Source: Planctomycetota bacterium
GTDB lineage: Bacteria > Planctomycetota > UBA1135 > UBA2386
Direction: 5' to 3'
DNA: 64,000 bases
NCBI GenBank assembly: GCA_965223545.1
Contig: OZ245006.1
Coordinates: 7,424,001 to 7,488,000 of the forward strand
Made by a program: the position numbers and the translations under genes. The notes under the pieces are model-generated. The model was not told where the DNA came from, did no database searches, and saw nothing but the letters and a program-made list of their open reading frames with translations. This document shows, piece after piece, positions 17,926-27,031 of this stretch. Numbering within the stretch: the stretch's first letter is position 1; each line of letters opens with the position of its first letter.

Positions 17926-18891
17926 TCAGTCGAACGCGCGGGCCAGCGCGTCGCCGACGTCGTCTCCGCCGCTGGCAGCGCGCCGCGCGACCGCTGCTTC
18001 GGCCTCGGCCCGGGCGGCCGGGTCGAGCGTCAACCCCTCGATCGCGAGCTCGGCGTCGGCGCGCGGCGCGCTGCCGAGCAGCTCGAGCAGGTGGGCGCGC
18101 GCCGGCGCGGCGCGCAGCATGCCCAAGCTCAAGATGGCGGTACGGCGCGTGTGCGGGTCGCGCGCGCGCGCACTCAGCTCGATCAAGTCCGGGCAGGCGG
18201 CGGCGCAGCGTGCCTCGCCGATCGCCAGCGCGGCGGCCTGCTGCAGCGAGCTCCGCCGCAAGGCGTCGCGCACCACGTCGAGGGCCGCCTCGCCGTCGAC
18301 CTGCAGCAGCGCCGCCAGCACCTCGCCAATGACCTGGGGCTCCGCGTCGCGCCGCCAATACGCGTAGCGTAACAGGGGGGCTGCGGTGTCGGCGGTGAGC
18401 AGGCCGATGGCGCGCGCCGCGCCGACGCGGGCGACCGGCTCCGGGTCGGCCAGCAGATCGGCCAGCAGCCGGGGCGCGTCCACGTGGCCATCGCCGGCGA
18501 GCGCGAGGCCGCACGCCGCCCGCAGCTGTGCGGCGGTGTCGACCGACCCGCCGAACGAGGGCTCGATCTGGCGATGGCGGATGCCGCGCAGCAGCGCGGT
18601 TTCGGCGATTCCTCCGCTGCGCGCGAGGGCGTGGGCGAGGGCGGTCTTGCCGGCGCAGCCCGGATCGCTGGCCGCGTCGGCGTCGAGCAGGGCGAGCAGG
18701 CGCTCGTTCATCGCCGGCGCGTGGCCCGGCAGGTCGAGCTCCTCGATCAGCGAGGCCGCCTTGGCGACCACGTGATTGCTCTTGTGCACCAGCGCCGTCG
18801 CCAGCAGCGCCTGGCTGTCTTCGGCGAGGGGATCGCCGCGCACGGCGTTGAGGCCGCGCAGGGCGTCCTCGGTGGTGGCGCGCCGCGGCAT
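17926..18891 (-). CDS. HEAT-repeat protein
   Basis: Ala/Leu-rich helical repeats (LADLLADPEPVARVGAARAIG, AAALAIGE, TAILSLG); ATG at 18891. Confidence 0.75.
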   Translation of the reverse strand: MPRRATTEDALRGLNAVRGDPLAEDSQALLATALVHKSNHVVAKAASLIEELDLPGHAPAMNERLLALLDADAASDPGCAGKTALAHALARSGGIAETALLRGIRHRQIEPSFGGSVDTAAQLRAACGLALAGDGHVDAPRLLADLLADPEPVARVGAARAIGLLTADTAAPLLRYAYWRRDAEPQVIGEVLAALLQVDGEAALDVVRDALRRSSLQQAAALAIGEARCAAACPDLIELSARARDPHTRRTAILSLGMLRAAPARAHLLELLGSAPRADAELAIEGLTLDPAARAEAEAAVARRAASGGDDVGDALARAFD

Positions 18892-18965
18892 GGGGCCCCA
18901 CGGTAGGGGAGTCCGCGGCGCCGGGCAAAACGGCGGTCGCCACGGGCGGCGCCGCGCCGTAGACA

Positions 18966-19868
18966 ATGCTGCCGATGTCGCTCCGCTCTGCCGCCCCTCC
19001 GTTCGCCGCCCTCGCCGTGCTGCTGTGGGCGCAAGATCCCGCCGGTGCACCGACCCTGGCCCCTGGCGGCGCGTTCTTGACGATGGCCGATCGTCCGCTG
19101 GCGCGGTTGCGCGGCGGCGACATCGACACCGCGCTGTACGCAACCTACGTCACTGCCGTAGTGGGGGACCGCCACCTCGCCGACCTGGCGTTCGATCTGG
19201 CTCTGGCGCGCGAGTGCGCGGCGCGCGGGCTCGCGCGCACCGCGCCGGTGCTGGCGCGGTCGGCGGCAGTGCGCCGCCAGCACGAGCTCGGCCGCGATGT
19301 CGGCGATCACTGGCAGCGGTGCGTGTTCGCCAACGAGGCGCTGCGCGACCAGCGCGTCGAGGCGCTGGTCCGCGCTGATCGGCGGATCGACCCCGCCGAG
19401 GTGCAGGCCTTGTTCGAGCGTCGCTACGGCCCCGGCGGTGTGCGCGTGCGCGCGCGACACCTGCTGGTCGGCTTCGCCGGCGTGCAGCGCGCGCTGCGCG
19501 CCACCGGCGCCGAAGCGACCGAGACCGCTGTCGACGAGGCCGCCCGCGCCCGCGCCGCGGCCGAGCGGCTGCGTTGGCAGGAGGGCGCGGTGCCTTCCGC
19601 GGCGAAGCTCCTGGACGCCGGCCTGCTGCGGCGCTTCGGCGCCGCGGTGGGCGAAGTCCTGCAGCAGACCCCGGTGGGCGAGGTTTCGGCGCCGGTGCGC
19701 GGACGCCGCGGCTACCACCTGGTCGAAGTCCTCGGCCGCGAGCGCACCGCGCTCGCCGACGTCGAGGCCGCGCTGCGGGCGGAGCTGCGCGCGTCCAAGC
19801 CGTCGCCGGTCGAGGTGCGCCAGCTGCGCCAACGCCTGCTGTCCGAGTATGGTTTCGAGCCGAGATGA
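18966..19868 (+). CDS. PpiC/parvulin-type peptidyl-prolyl isomerase-like protein
   Basis: VRARHLLV and GEVSAPVRGRRGYHLVEV; signal-like N-terminus; start at 18966 or 18975. Confidence 0.72.
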   Translation: MLPMSLRSAAPPFAALAVLLWAQDPAGAPTLAPGGAFLTMADRPLARLRGGDIDTALYATYVTAVVGDRHLADLAFDLALARECAARGLARTAPVLARSAAVRRQHELGRDVGDHWQRCVFANEALRDQRVEALVRADRRIDPAEVQALFERRYGPGGVRVRARHLLVGFAGVQRALRATGAEATETAVDEAARARAAAERLRWQEGAVPSAAKLLDAGLLRRFGAAVGEVLQQTPVGEVSAPVRGRRGYHLVEVLGRERTALADVEAALRAELRASKPSPVEVRQLRQRLLSEYGFEPR

Positions 19869-21013
19869 ACGTTCCCCTGATGGTGGGCGCGGGCCGTTGC
19901 CTGGCGCTGTCGTTGGCCGTCGCCGCCCCGGCGCAGGACACGGTCGGCCGCGAGGACGCGGCCGTCTACCGCGGCGACGCGCAGCTGCGCGGTGTCGCGC
20001 CGGGTCGACTCCAGCTGCCACTCGAGCTGCGCTGGCGGTTCGTCACCGAGGGACCGGTGGTGTCGTCTCCGGTGGTGCACGGCGGGATGGTCTACTTCGG
20101 CTCGAGCGACGGCAACGTGTACGCCGTCGACGCCAAGAGCGGTCAGCGCGTGTGGGCGTTCGCCAGCGAGGACATCGTCGATGCGCCGCCCCTGGTGCTC
20201 GACGGCCGCGTCTTCGTCGGCTCGTCGGACTTCTTCTTCTACGCTTTGGACGCCCGCACCGGTGCGCTGAGCTGGAAGTACGAGACCGGCGACAAGATCC
20301 TCGGCAGCGCCAATTGGGTCCGGCTGAAGGACGGTGAAACCCGCGTGCTGGTCGGCAGCTACGACGGCGCGCTGTACGCCTTCGACGCCGCCAGCGGCGC
20401 GCTGCGGTTTCGCTACGAGACCTCCAACTCGCTGAACGGCACGCCGGCGATGGTCGGCGAGGACGCCGTGTTCGGTGGTTGCGACGCGATTCTGCACGCG
20501 GTGTCCGCCCGCACCGGCGCGGCGCGCAGTCAGCTGGAGATCGGTCAGGAGTGCCACATCGCGGGCTCGGTCGCGACCGACGGCGAGACGGTCTACTTCG
20601 GTCACTACGGCAACGCCTTCGTCGCGGTCGCGCTGGATGCGGAGCAACCCGCATGGGTGTATCCCAGCGAGCGCCACGCGTTCTTCTCGTCGCCGGCGAT
20701 CGGTGAAGACCGAATCGTGTTCGGCGGGCGAGACCGTCGCGTGCACTGCGTGCGCCGCGCGGACGGCGAGCCGCTGTGGACCTTCACCACCCGGCGCAAG
20801 GTGGACTCCTCGCCGGTGATCTGCGGCGAGGTGGTCGCCGTGGGCTCCGGCGACGGGCGGTTGTACGTGCTCGGCCTGGCCGACGGCGAGAAGCGCTGGG
20901 AGTACGATCTCGGCCGGCCGGTGATGTCGTCGCCGGCGATCGTCGACGGCTGGCTGTACATCGGCTGCAACGACGGCGCGCTGTACGCGTTCGCACCCGC
21001 GGAGCAGAGCTGA
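19865..21013 (+). CDS. PQQ-like/BamB-like beta-propeller protein
   Basis: Regular SSPxxxxGxVYFGSxDGxxYAxDxxxG..W blades; ATGA overlap with the upstream gene. Confidence 0.9.
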   Translation: MNVPLMVGAGRCLALSLAVAAPAQDTVGREDAAVYRGDAQLRGVAPGRLQLPLELRWRFVTEGPVVSSPVVHGGMVYFGSSDGNVYAVDAKSGQRVWAFASEDIVDAPPLVLDGRVFVGSSDFFFYALDARTGALSWKYETGDKILGSANWVRLKDGETRVLVGSYDGALYAFDAASGALRFRYETSNSLNGTPAMVGEDAVFGGCDAILHAVSARTGAARSQLEIGQECHIAGSVATDGETVYFGHYGNAFVAVALDAEQPAWVYPSERHAFFSSPAIGEDRIVFGGRDRRVHCVRRADGEPLWTFTTRRKVDSSPVICGEVVAVGSGDGRLYVLGLADGEKRWEYDLGRPVMSSPAIVDGWLYIGCNDGALYAFAPAEQS

Positions 21014-21027
21014 GACGGGCGCCGAGC

Positions 21028-22323
21028 ATGCGCTTCTTGATGTTGATCCCCGGCACGGGGCACTACTACTGCGGGAGCTGCCTGCGCGACGACGCCCTCG
21101 CCTCCGCGCTGCGCGAAGCCGGCCATGACGTCGACGTCGCGCCGCTGTACCTGCCGATGGTGTTGGAGCGGCCGGACGGCGAGCCTGCCGTGCAGATGGG
21201 AGGCATCAACGTCTACCTCCAGCAGCGCACCAGGTTGTTCCGCCGGCTGCCGCGTTGGATGACGCGGCCGCTGGACCACCCGCGCCTGCTGCGCTGGGCG
21301 TCGCGCCGTGGCGACATGACGGATGCGCGCTCGCTGGGCGAGCTGACGCTCGGTGTGCTGCTGGGAGAGACCGGGCCGCAGCGAGCGTCGGTCGATGCCC
21401 TGCTGCGCTGGGTCGCCGAGCAGCCGCGTCCCGATGTCGTGGTCTTGTCGAACGCGATGCTGATCGGGCTCGCCGCGCCGATCAAGCGCACTCTGCAGCG
21501 ACCGGTGGTGGTCACCCTGCAGGGTGAGCTGCCGTTCCTCGACTCCTTGCCGCAGCCGTACCGCGATCAGGCCTGGGGGGCGTTGGCGGCGGCGGTTTCC
21601 GGCGTCGATCGGCTGGTCGCGGTCAGCGGTGCCTACCGCGATGCGATGGCCGCCCGCTTGGGACTGCGGCGCGACGACATCGCGGTCGTGCACAACGGCA
21701 TCGACACCGCGGACTTCGCGGCGGCGCCGCCGCGCCTGGTCGAGCGGCAGCCGCCGACGGTCGGCTATCTGGCGCGGCTGTCGCGCGACAAGGGGCTGGC
21801 GGACCTGGTCGACGCGTTCATCGTCTTGGCCAAGCGCGGTCGCGTGCCCGGCGTGCGCCTGTTGACGGTGGGCGTCGAGCTCGCCGAGGACCGTGCTCTG
21901 TGGCGTGAGGTGCGGTCGCGGCTGGCGCGCGCCGGCCTCGCCGATGCCGTCGAACGCGTTGCCAACGCGAGCCGTGACGAGAAGCTGCGGCACTTGGCCC
22001 GCATGTCGGTGCTGTCTGTGCCCGCGACCTACGGGGAGTCGTTCGGGCTGTATCTGCTCGAGGCCGCGGCGGCGGGCGTGCCGGTCGTGCAGCCACAGGA
22101 TCGCGTGTTCGCCGAGCTGATCGAGGCGACCGGCGGAGGAGTGCTGTGCGAGCCGGGCAATGCGACTGCGCTGGCGTTGGCACTCGAGGATCTGTTGCTC
22201 GACGCCGAGCGCGCCCAGCGGTTGGCGGACGCGGGCCGGAGTGCTGTGTTGGCGCGGTTCTCGGCGAAACAGATGGCCAGCGCGTTCGAGCGTACCACTA
22301 GGATGATCGCGACCACGGTCTGA
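21028..22323 (+). CDS. Glycosyltransferase family 4
   Basis: VHNGID, GYLARLSRDKG, ESFGLYLLEAAAAGVPVV; N-terminal YCGSCLRD. Confidence 0.9.
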   Translation: MRFLMLIPGTGHYYCGSCLRDDALASALREAGHDVDVAPLYLPMVLERPDGEPAVQMGGINVYLQQRTRLFRRLPRWMTRPLDHPRLLRWASRRGDMTDARSLGELTLGVLLGETGPQRASVDALLRWVAEQPRPDVVVLSNAMLIGLAAPIKRTLQRPVVVTLQGELPFLDSLPQPYRDQAWGALAAAVSGVDRLVAVSGAYRDAMAARLGLRRDDIAVVHNGIDTADFAAAPPRLVERQPPTVGYLARLSRDKGLADLVDAFIVLAKRGRVPGVRLLTVGVELAEDRALWREVRSRLARAGLADAVERVANASRDEKLRHLARMSVLSVPATYGESFGLYLLEAAAAGVPVVQPQDRVFAELIEATGGGVLCEPGNATALALALEDLLLDAERAQRLADAGRSAVLARFSAKQMASAFERTTRMIATTV

Positions 22324-22369
22324 CGCGGGGCCGCTCGCTCCGCGCCAACTGCCTCGAGCCAGACTGCAA

Positions 22370-22912
22370 ATGCCCGAACCCGCTGCCTCGCCACCGCTGT
22401 GGATGATCTACGCCCTGACCACCGTCGCCACCTGGGGGCTGTACGGGGTGTTCTTGCACACCGGACAGCTGGGAATGGGGGATCCCGCGCACGGTCGCTA
22501 CAAGGCGTTCTTGTGGGTGGGGATCGCCTACTTCCTGACCGCGGTGCTGGCGCCGGCCATCGTGCTGTGGCTCGGCGGCGCCAGCTGGACGATGCCGCCG
22601 AAGGCAATCGGTTGGTCGCTGTTCGCCGGCGTGCTCGGCGCGGTCGGCGCGTTCGGCGTTCTGCTCGCGTTCGGTGCGCGGGGCCAGCCGGCGGTGGTGA
22701 TGTCGATCGTGTTCGCCGGAGCGCCGATCGTCAACGCGATCGCCAGCATCGCCATGCATCCCCCGGCCGGCGGTCTCGGCGGTGTGCGCTGGCAGTTCTT
22801 CGCCGGCATCCTGCTGGCGGCGGTCGGCGGCACGCTGGTGACTCTCTACAAGCCGACCCCCGGAGGGCCCAAGCCCGGCGCGGCGGCGCAGCCCGTGGTC
22901 GAGCCCCGGTGA
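22370..22912 (+). CDS. Integral membrane protein (EamA/DMT-like)
   Basis: About five hydrophobic helices; WGLYG and GAPIVNA motifs. Confidence 0.7.
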   Translation: MPEPAASPPLWMIYALTTVATWGLYGVFLHTGQLGMGDPAHGRYKAFLWVGIAYFLTAVLAPAIVLWLGGASWTMPPKAIGWSLFAGVLGAVGAFGVLLAFGARGQPAVVMSIVFAGAPIVNAIASIAMHPPAGGLGGVRWQFFAGILLAAVGGTLVTLYKPTPGGPKPGAAAQPVVEPR

Positions 22913-23622
22913 GCCACGACGCCGGCGTGCCCGCGGTGCGCGCCGCGGGGGTGGTGGTGCGCTATCCATCGCCTGGCGCTGAGTCGGCGGATGCCGTCCT
23001 GCGCGGCGTCGATCTCACCGTCCAGCGCGGCGAGTCGGTCGCCGTGGTCGGCCCGTCCGGCTGCGGCAAGAGCACGCTGTTGCACGTGCTGGGTGGTTTG
23101 CTGCCGCCGCAGGAGGGCGTCGTCGAGGTCGACGGGCAGCCGCTCGCCGACCGCGACGCGGCGGAGCTCGCCGCGTTGCGCCGGCGCTCGGTCGGTTTCG
23201 TCTTCCAAGAGCACCATCTGCTGCCGCAGTGCAGTGCTCTGGAGAACGTGTTGGTCCCGCTGCTGGCCGAGCAGTCGCGGGTCCCGCCGGAAGCCATCGA
23301 CCGCGGTCGCGCGCTGCTCGCGCAGGTCGGGCTCTCGGCGCGCGAGACGCACCGGCCCAGCGAGCTCTCGGGCGGCGAGTGCCAGCGCGTGGCGGTCGTG
23401 CGCGCACTGATGGCGCGGCCGGCGTTGTTGCTCGCCGACGAACCCACCGGTTCGCTGGACGAAGCCGGCGCCGAAGCCTTGGCGGAGGTGATCATCGCAC
23501 TGGTGCAGACGGCCGGCGCCGGTCTGGTCACGGTGACCCATTCGCCGCTGCTGGCCGGCCGCATGCAGCGCACGCTGCGGCTGCACGGCGGCGTGTTGGC
23601 GGCGGCGACCGCGTCGTCATGA
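22909..23622 (+). CDS. ABC transporter ATP-binding protein (LolD/MacB-like)
   Basis: GPSGCGKST, FVFQEHHLLP, LSGGECQR, LADEPTGSLD, VTH. Confidence 0.95.
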   Translation: MSHDAGVPAVRAAGVVVRYPSPGAESADAVLRGVDLTVQRGESVAVVGPSGCGKSTLLHVLGGLLPPQEGVVEVDGQPLADRDAAELAALRRRSVGFVFQEHHLLPQCSALENVLVPLLAEQSRVPPEAIDRGRALLAQVGLSARETHRPSELSGGECQRVAVVRALMARPALLLADEPTGSLDEAGAEALAEVIIALVQTAGAGLVTVTHSPLLAGRMQRTLRLHGGVLAAATASS

Positions 23623-26600
23623 AGCGCGGGACGCTGATCGCCCGCGGCCTGCGGCACTACTGGAACGCGCACCGCTGGGTGCTGTGCGGCGTGGCGTGCA
23701 CGGCGGCGGTACTGACCGGTGCCTTGGCGGTTGGCGACTCGGTGCGCAAGAGCCTCGCCCTGCAGGTGCACTGGCGCACCGGGGGCGTGCGCGCGGCGAT
23801 GCACGCGATGGACCGCCGCGTGCGGCCGGCGCTCGCCGATGCGATGCAGGCGGGCTTGGGCGAGGGTGCGGTCGTGGCGCCGGTCCTCCACCTGCCGGGC
23901 GTGGCGACGCCGCCGGGCGGCGGGGTCACCGGCCTGGTCGAGGTGCTGGGCGTCGACGCGCGGTTCGGCGCACTCGCTCCGGGCCCGACGATGCGGCGTG
24001 GCACGCCGGCGGACGGCAAGGCTTGGATCAACGAGGCGGCTGCCGCTCAGCTGGGCGTCGCCGTGGGGGACGTGTTGGTCGTGCGCGTCGAGGCACCGAG
24101 TCCGGTGCCGCGCGACGCGGCGGTGGCGACCTACGATGACGTTTCCTTCGGCTTGCGCGTCGACGTCGATGGGATTCTGTCGGCGGGCGACTTCGGTCGC
24201 TTCGACCTCCGCTCCAATCCGCTGCCGACGTTCTCGGTGGTCGTCGGCCTCGAGTGGCTGTGCGCACAACTGGAGCTCGAGCCGGGCGCCAACACGCTGT
24301 TGGCGGGTGGCGATCCGGACGCGGTCGGCGACGCCGCGCGGCTGGACAAAGCCCTGGCGGAGCATTGGACGCTGGCCGACGCCGGCCTCGAGCTGGTGAC
24401 CCTGGAGTCCGGCGTGGCCGAGCTGCGCAGCGGGCGCCTGTTCATCGATCAGGCACTGGTCGACGCGGTCGGGGCGGTGGTGCCCGGCGCGGTGGGGGTG
24501 CTGACCTACTTCGTCAACGCCCTGCGCCACGGCGAGGCGGTGACGCCGTACTCGACCGTGGCCGGGATCGGTGCGCTCGGCGACCCGGCGGCGGTGGAGG
24601 ATCCCGTTCTTCGCGAGCTGCTGGCGCTTGCGCCGGGGCCGGACGCGCTGACGCTCAACCAGTGGTGCGCGTCCGACCTCGGCGCCGGCCTCGGGTCGGA
24701 GATCGAGCTCGACTTCACCGTCGCCGACACGGTCGCCGGGTTGCGGTCCGCGCACCGCGTGCTGCGCGTCGGCGGCGTCACCGAGCTGAGCGGAGCAGCG
24801 GCGGATGCTACGCTCATGCCGCCGTTCCCGGGGCTCGGGGATGCCGCGAGCTGCCGCGACTGGGAGCCGGGGCTGCCGGTCGAGCTGGCGCGGCTGCGGC
24901 CGAAGGACGAGCGTTACTGGGAACTCCACCGGGGCACGCCCAAGGCCTTCGTCGCGCTGGAGACGGCGCGCGCGATGTGGGCGAGTCGGTTCGGCTCGCT
25001 CAGCGCGGTGCGGCTGCCCGCCGCGCGGGCTGCCGAGCTCGCGCGCGCGCTGCCGCGCAGTGTCGCCCCGGCGGCGATCGGCCTGTACTTCACCGACGTC
25101 GCCTCTGCCGGCCGCGTCGCCAGCGCGCCGACCACCGACTTCGCCGGCTTGTTCGGCGGAATGAGCGGATTCACCATCATCGCCGCCGTGCTGCTGACCG
25201 CGCTGCTGTTCGTGTTCAGCGTCGAGCAGCGCTGGCGCGAGCTGGGCACGTTGATGGCGGTGGGCTTCGCGCCGGCCGGGGTGCGCCGGCTGCTGCTCGG
25301 CGAGGCGCTGGTCATTGCCGTGCTCGGCGGGCTGCTCGGCGCGGGCCTCGGCCTGCTCTACACGCGCGCCGTGCTCTGGGCGCTGGGCTCGGTTTGGAGT
25401 GGTGCGGTGGGCGGGGTCGCGCTCGAGTTCGACTGCCGTCCGGTCAGCCTCGCGGCGGGTGCGGGCGGCGCGGTGCTGGTCGCGATGGTTGCGCTCTATT
25501 GGTCGACGCGCCGGGCGTTCGCCACCCCGGTGGTGGCGCTGCTGCGCCGGCGGGCGGCGGTGGCGCGCGCGGGCGCCGCCACCGTGGCGCGCGTGGTGGC
25601 GCCGCTCGCGGCGCTCGCCGCGGTGGGGCTGTGGGTCGCGGCTCCCGCCACCGGCACCGACGCGGCGTTGTGGCGCTTCGCTGCCGGCGCCCTGCTGTTG
25701 GTGGGGGCGTTGGCGGCGGTGCGGTTGTCGCTCGGCGGCGGCGGTGAGAGTGCGCGGCCGGCGGCGTCGCGCTGGGCGCTCGCGTGGCGCAACGCGGCGC
25801 GCCGGCCGGTGCGCAGCATGACGTGCGTCGGCCTGTTGGCCGCGGGTGTGTTCACGGTGACGGCGGTGCAGGCGTTTCGCCAACGCCCGCCCGAGGTGGC
25901 CGATGCAGCCTCTGGAACCGGCGGTTTCGCCCTCTTCGGTCGCTCGGCGTTGCCGGTGTTGCGCGACCTCGGCACGCCCGAAGGCCGCGACGCCTACGGC
26001 CTCGGCGCGGCGGCGCTGCGTGGCGTCGACATCGTGCCCCTGCGCGTGCGCGACGGCGACGAAGCCAGCTGCCTCAATCTCGGTTCGCCGGCGGAGCCGC
26101 GTCTGCTCGGCGTCGATCCCGAGGCGTTGGCAGCGCGCGGCGCGTTCTCCTTTGCCGCCGTCGACGCCGCGCTTGCCGGGGATGACGGCGACAGTCCCTG
26201 GCGATTGCTCGGCCAGCCGCTCGCCGACGGGGCGATCGCCGCGATCGGCGACGCGCAGAGCACGCAGTGGAGCCTGCACCTCGGGCTCGGCGAGCAGCTG
26301 CTCTACCGCGACGATCGGGGGGCGACCGTGCCGGTGCGGCTGGTCGGCACGCTGCGCAGCTCGATCCTGCAGGGCAGCTTGATCGTCGATGAGAGCCAGT
26401 TGGCGCGCGCGTTCCCCAAGACGTCGGGGCACCGCGCGTTCTTGATCGGGGTCGACGGCCCGGCCGAGCGGGTGGCCGCCGTCCGCGGCGACTTGAGCGA
26501 GGCGTTTGCCGATCTCGGCCTCGAGCTGACGCCGACCGCGGTCCGGCTGGCGGCGTTCCAGGCGGTGCAGAACACCTATCTGCGCATCTTTCTGGTGCTC

Positions 26601-26942
26601 GGTGGGCTCGGCTTGTTGTTGGGCTCGGTCGGCCTCGGCGCCGTCGTGCTGCGCAACGCCGCCGAGCGCCGCGGCGAGCTGGCGGCGCTGCGCGCGCTGG
26701 GCTTCACTCCGGGCCTGTTGCACCGCCTGTTGTGGATGGAGCACGGCGCGCTGCTGGCGGTCGGGCTCGTGTGCGGCGCGGTGAGCGCTTTGGTCGCGGT
26801 CGCTGGCAGTCCCGAGGCGCGGGGGTGGCGCGATTTGCTGTGGGTGTTGCCGGCGCTGGCGGCGAGCGGCGCGCTCTGGGTCGGCTGGGCGGGGTGGCGC
26901 GCCGGGCGCGGTGAGCTCAACGCCGCGCTCCGCGGCGACTGA
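23619..26942 (+). CDS. Large FtsX-like ABC transporter permease
   Basis: GALAVGDS; two FtsX-type TM blocks (QRWRELGTLMAVGF, ERRGELAALRALGF); ATGA overlap. Confidence 0.9.
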   Translation: MKRGTLIARGLRHYWNAHRWVLCGVACTAAVLTGALAVGDSVRKSLALQVHWRTGGVRAAMHAMDRRVRPALADAMQAGLGEGAVVAPVLHLPGVATPPGGGVTGLVEVLGVDARFGALAPGPTMRRGTPADGKAWINEAAAAQLGVAVGDVLVVRVEAPSPVPRDAAVATYDDVSFGLRVDVDGILSAGDFGRFDLRSNPLPTFSVVVGLEWLCAQLELEPGANTLLAGGDPDAVGDAARLDKALAEHWTLADAGLELVTLESGVAELRSGRLFIDQALVDAVGAVVPGAVGVLTYFVNALRHGEAVTPYSTVAGIGALGDPAAVEDPVLRELLALAPGPDALTLNQWCASDLGAGLGSEIELDFTVADTVAGLRSAHRVLRVGGVTELSGAAADATLMPPFPGLGDAASCRDWEPGLPVELARLRPKDERYWELHRGTPKAFVALETARAMWASRFGSLSAVRLPAARAAELARALPRSVAPAAIGLYFTDVASAGRVASAPTTDFAGLFGGMSGFTIIAAVLLTALLFVFSVEQRWRELGTLMAVGFAPAGVRRLLLGEALVIAVLGGLLGAGLGLLYTRAVLWALGSVWSGAVGGVALEFDCRPVSLAAGAGGAVLVAMVALYWSTRRAFATPVVALLRRRAAVARAGAATVARVVAPLAALAAVGLWVAAPATGTDAALWRFAAGALLLVGALAAVRLSLGGGGESARPAASRWALAWRNAARRPVRSMTCVGLLAAGVFTVTAVQAFRQRPPEVADAASGTGGFALFGRSALPVLRDLGTPEGRDAYGLGAAALRGVDIVPLRVRDGDEASCLNLGSPAEPRLLGVDPEALAARGAFSFAAVDAALAGDDGDSPWRLLGQPLADGAIAAIGDAQSTQWSLHLGLGEQLLYRDDRGATVPVRLVGTLRSSILQGSLIVDESQLARAFPKTSGHRAFLIGVDGPAERVAAVRGDLSEAFADLGLELTPTAVRLAAFQAVQNTYLRIFLVLGGLGLLLGSVGLGAVVLRNAAERRGELAALRALGFTPGLLHRLLWMEHGALLAVGLVCGAVSALVAVAGSPEARGWRDLLWVLPALAASGALWVGWAGWRAGRGELNAALRGD

Positions 26943-27031
26943 GGGCGGCGATCGTGCTGCGGTGGCCGTGAGGGGCGCGAAGTCTCGACCGCAACGGCGG
27001 GTGGGCGGTAGGTGCGAGTCGGCCGCGCGCC

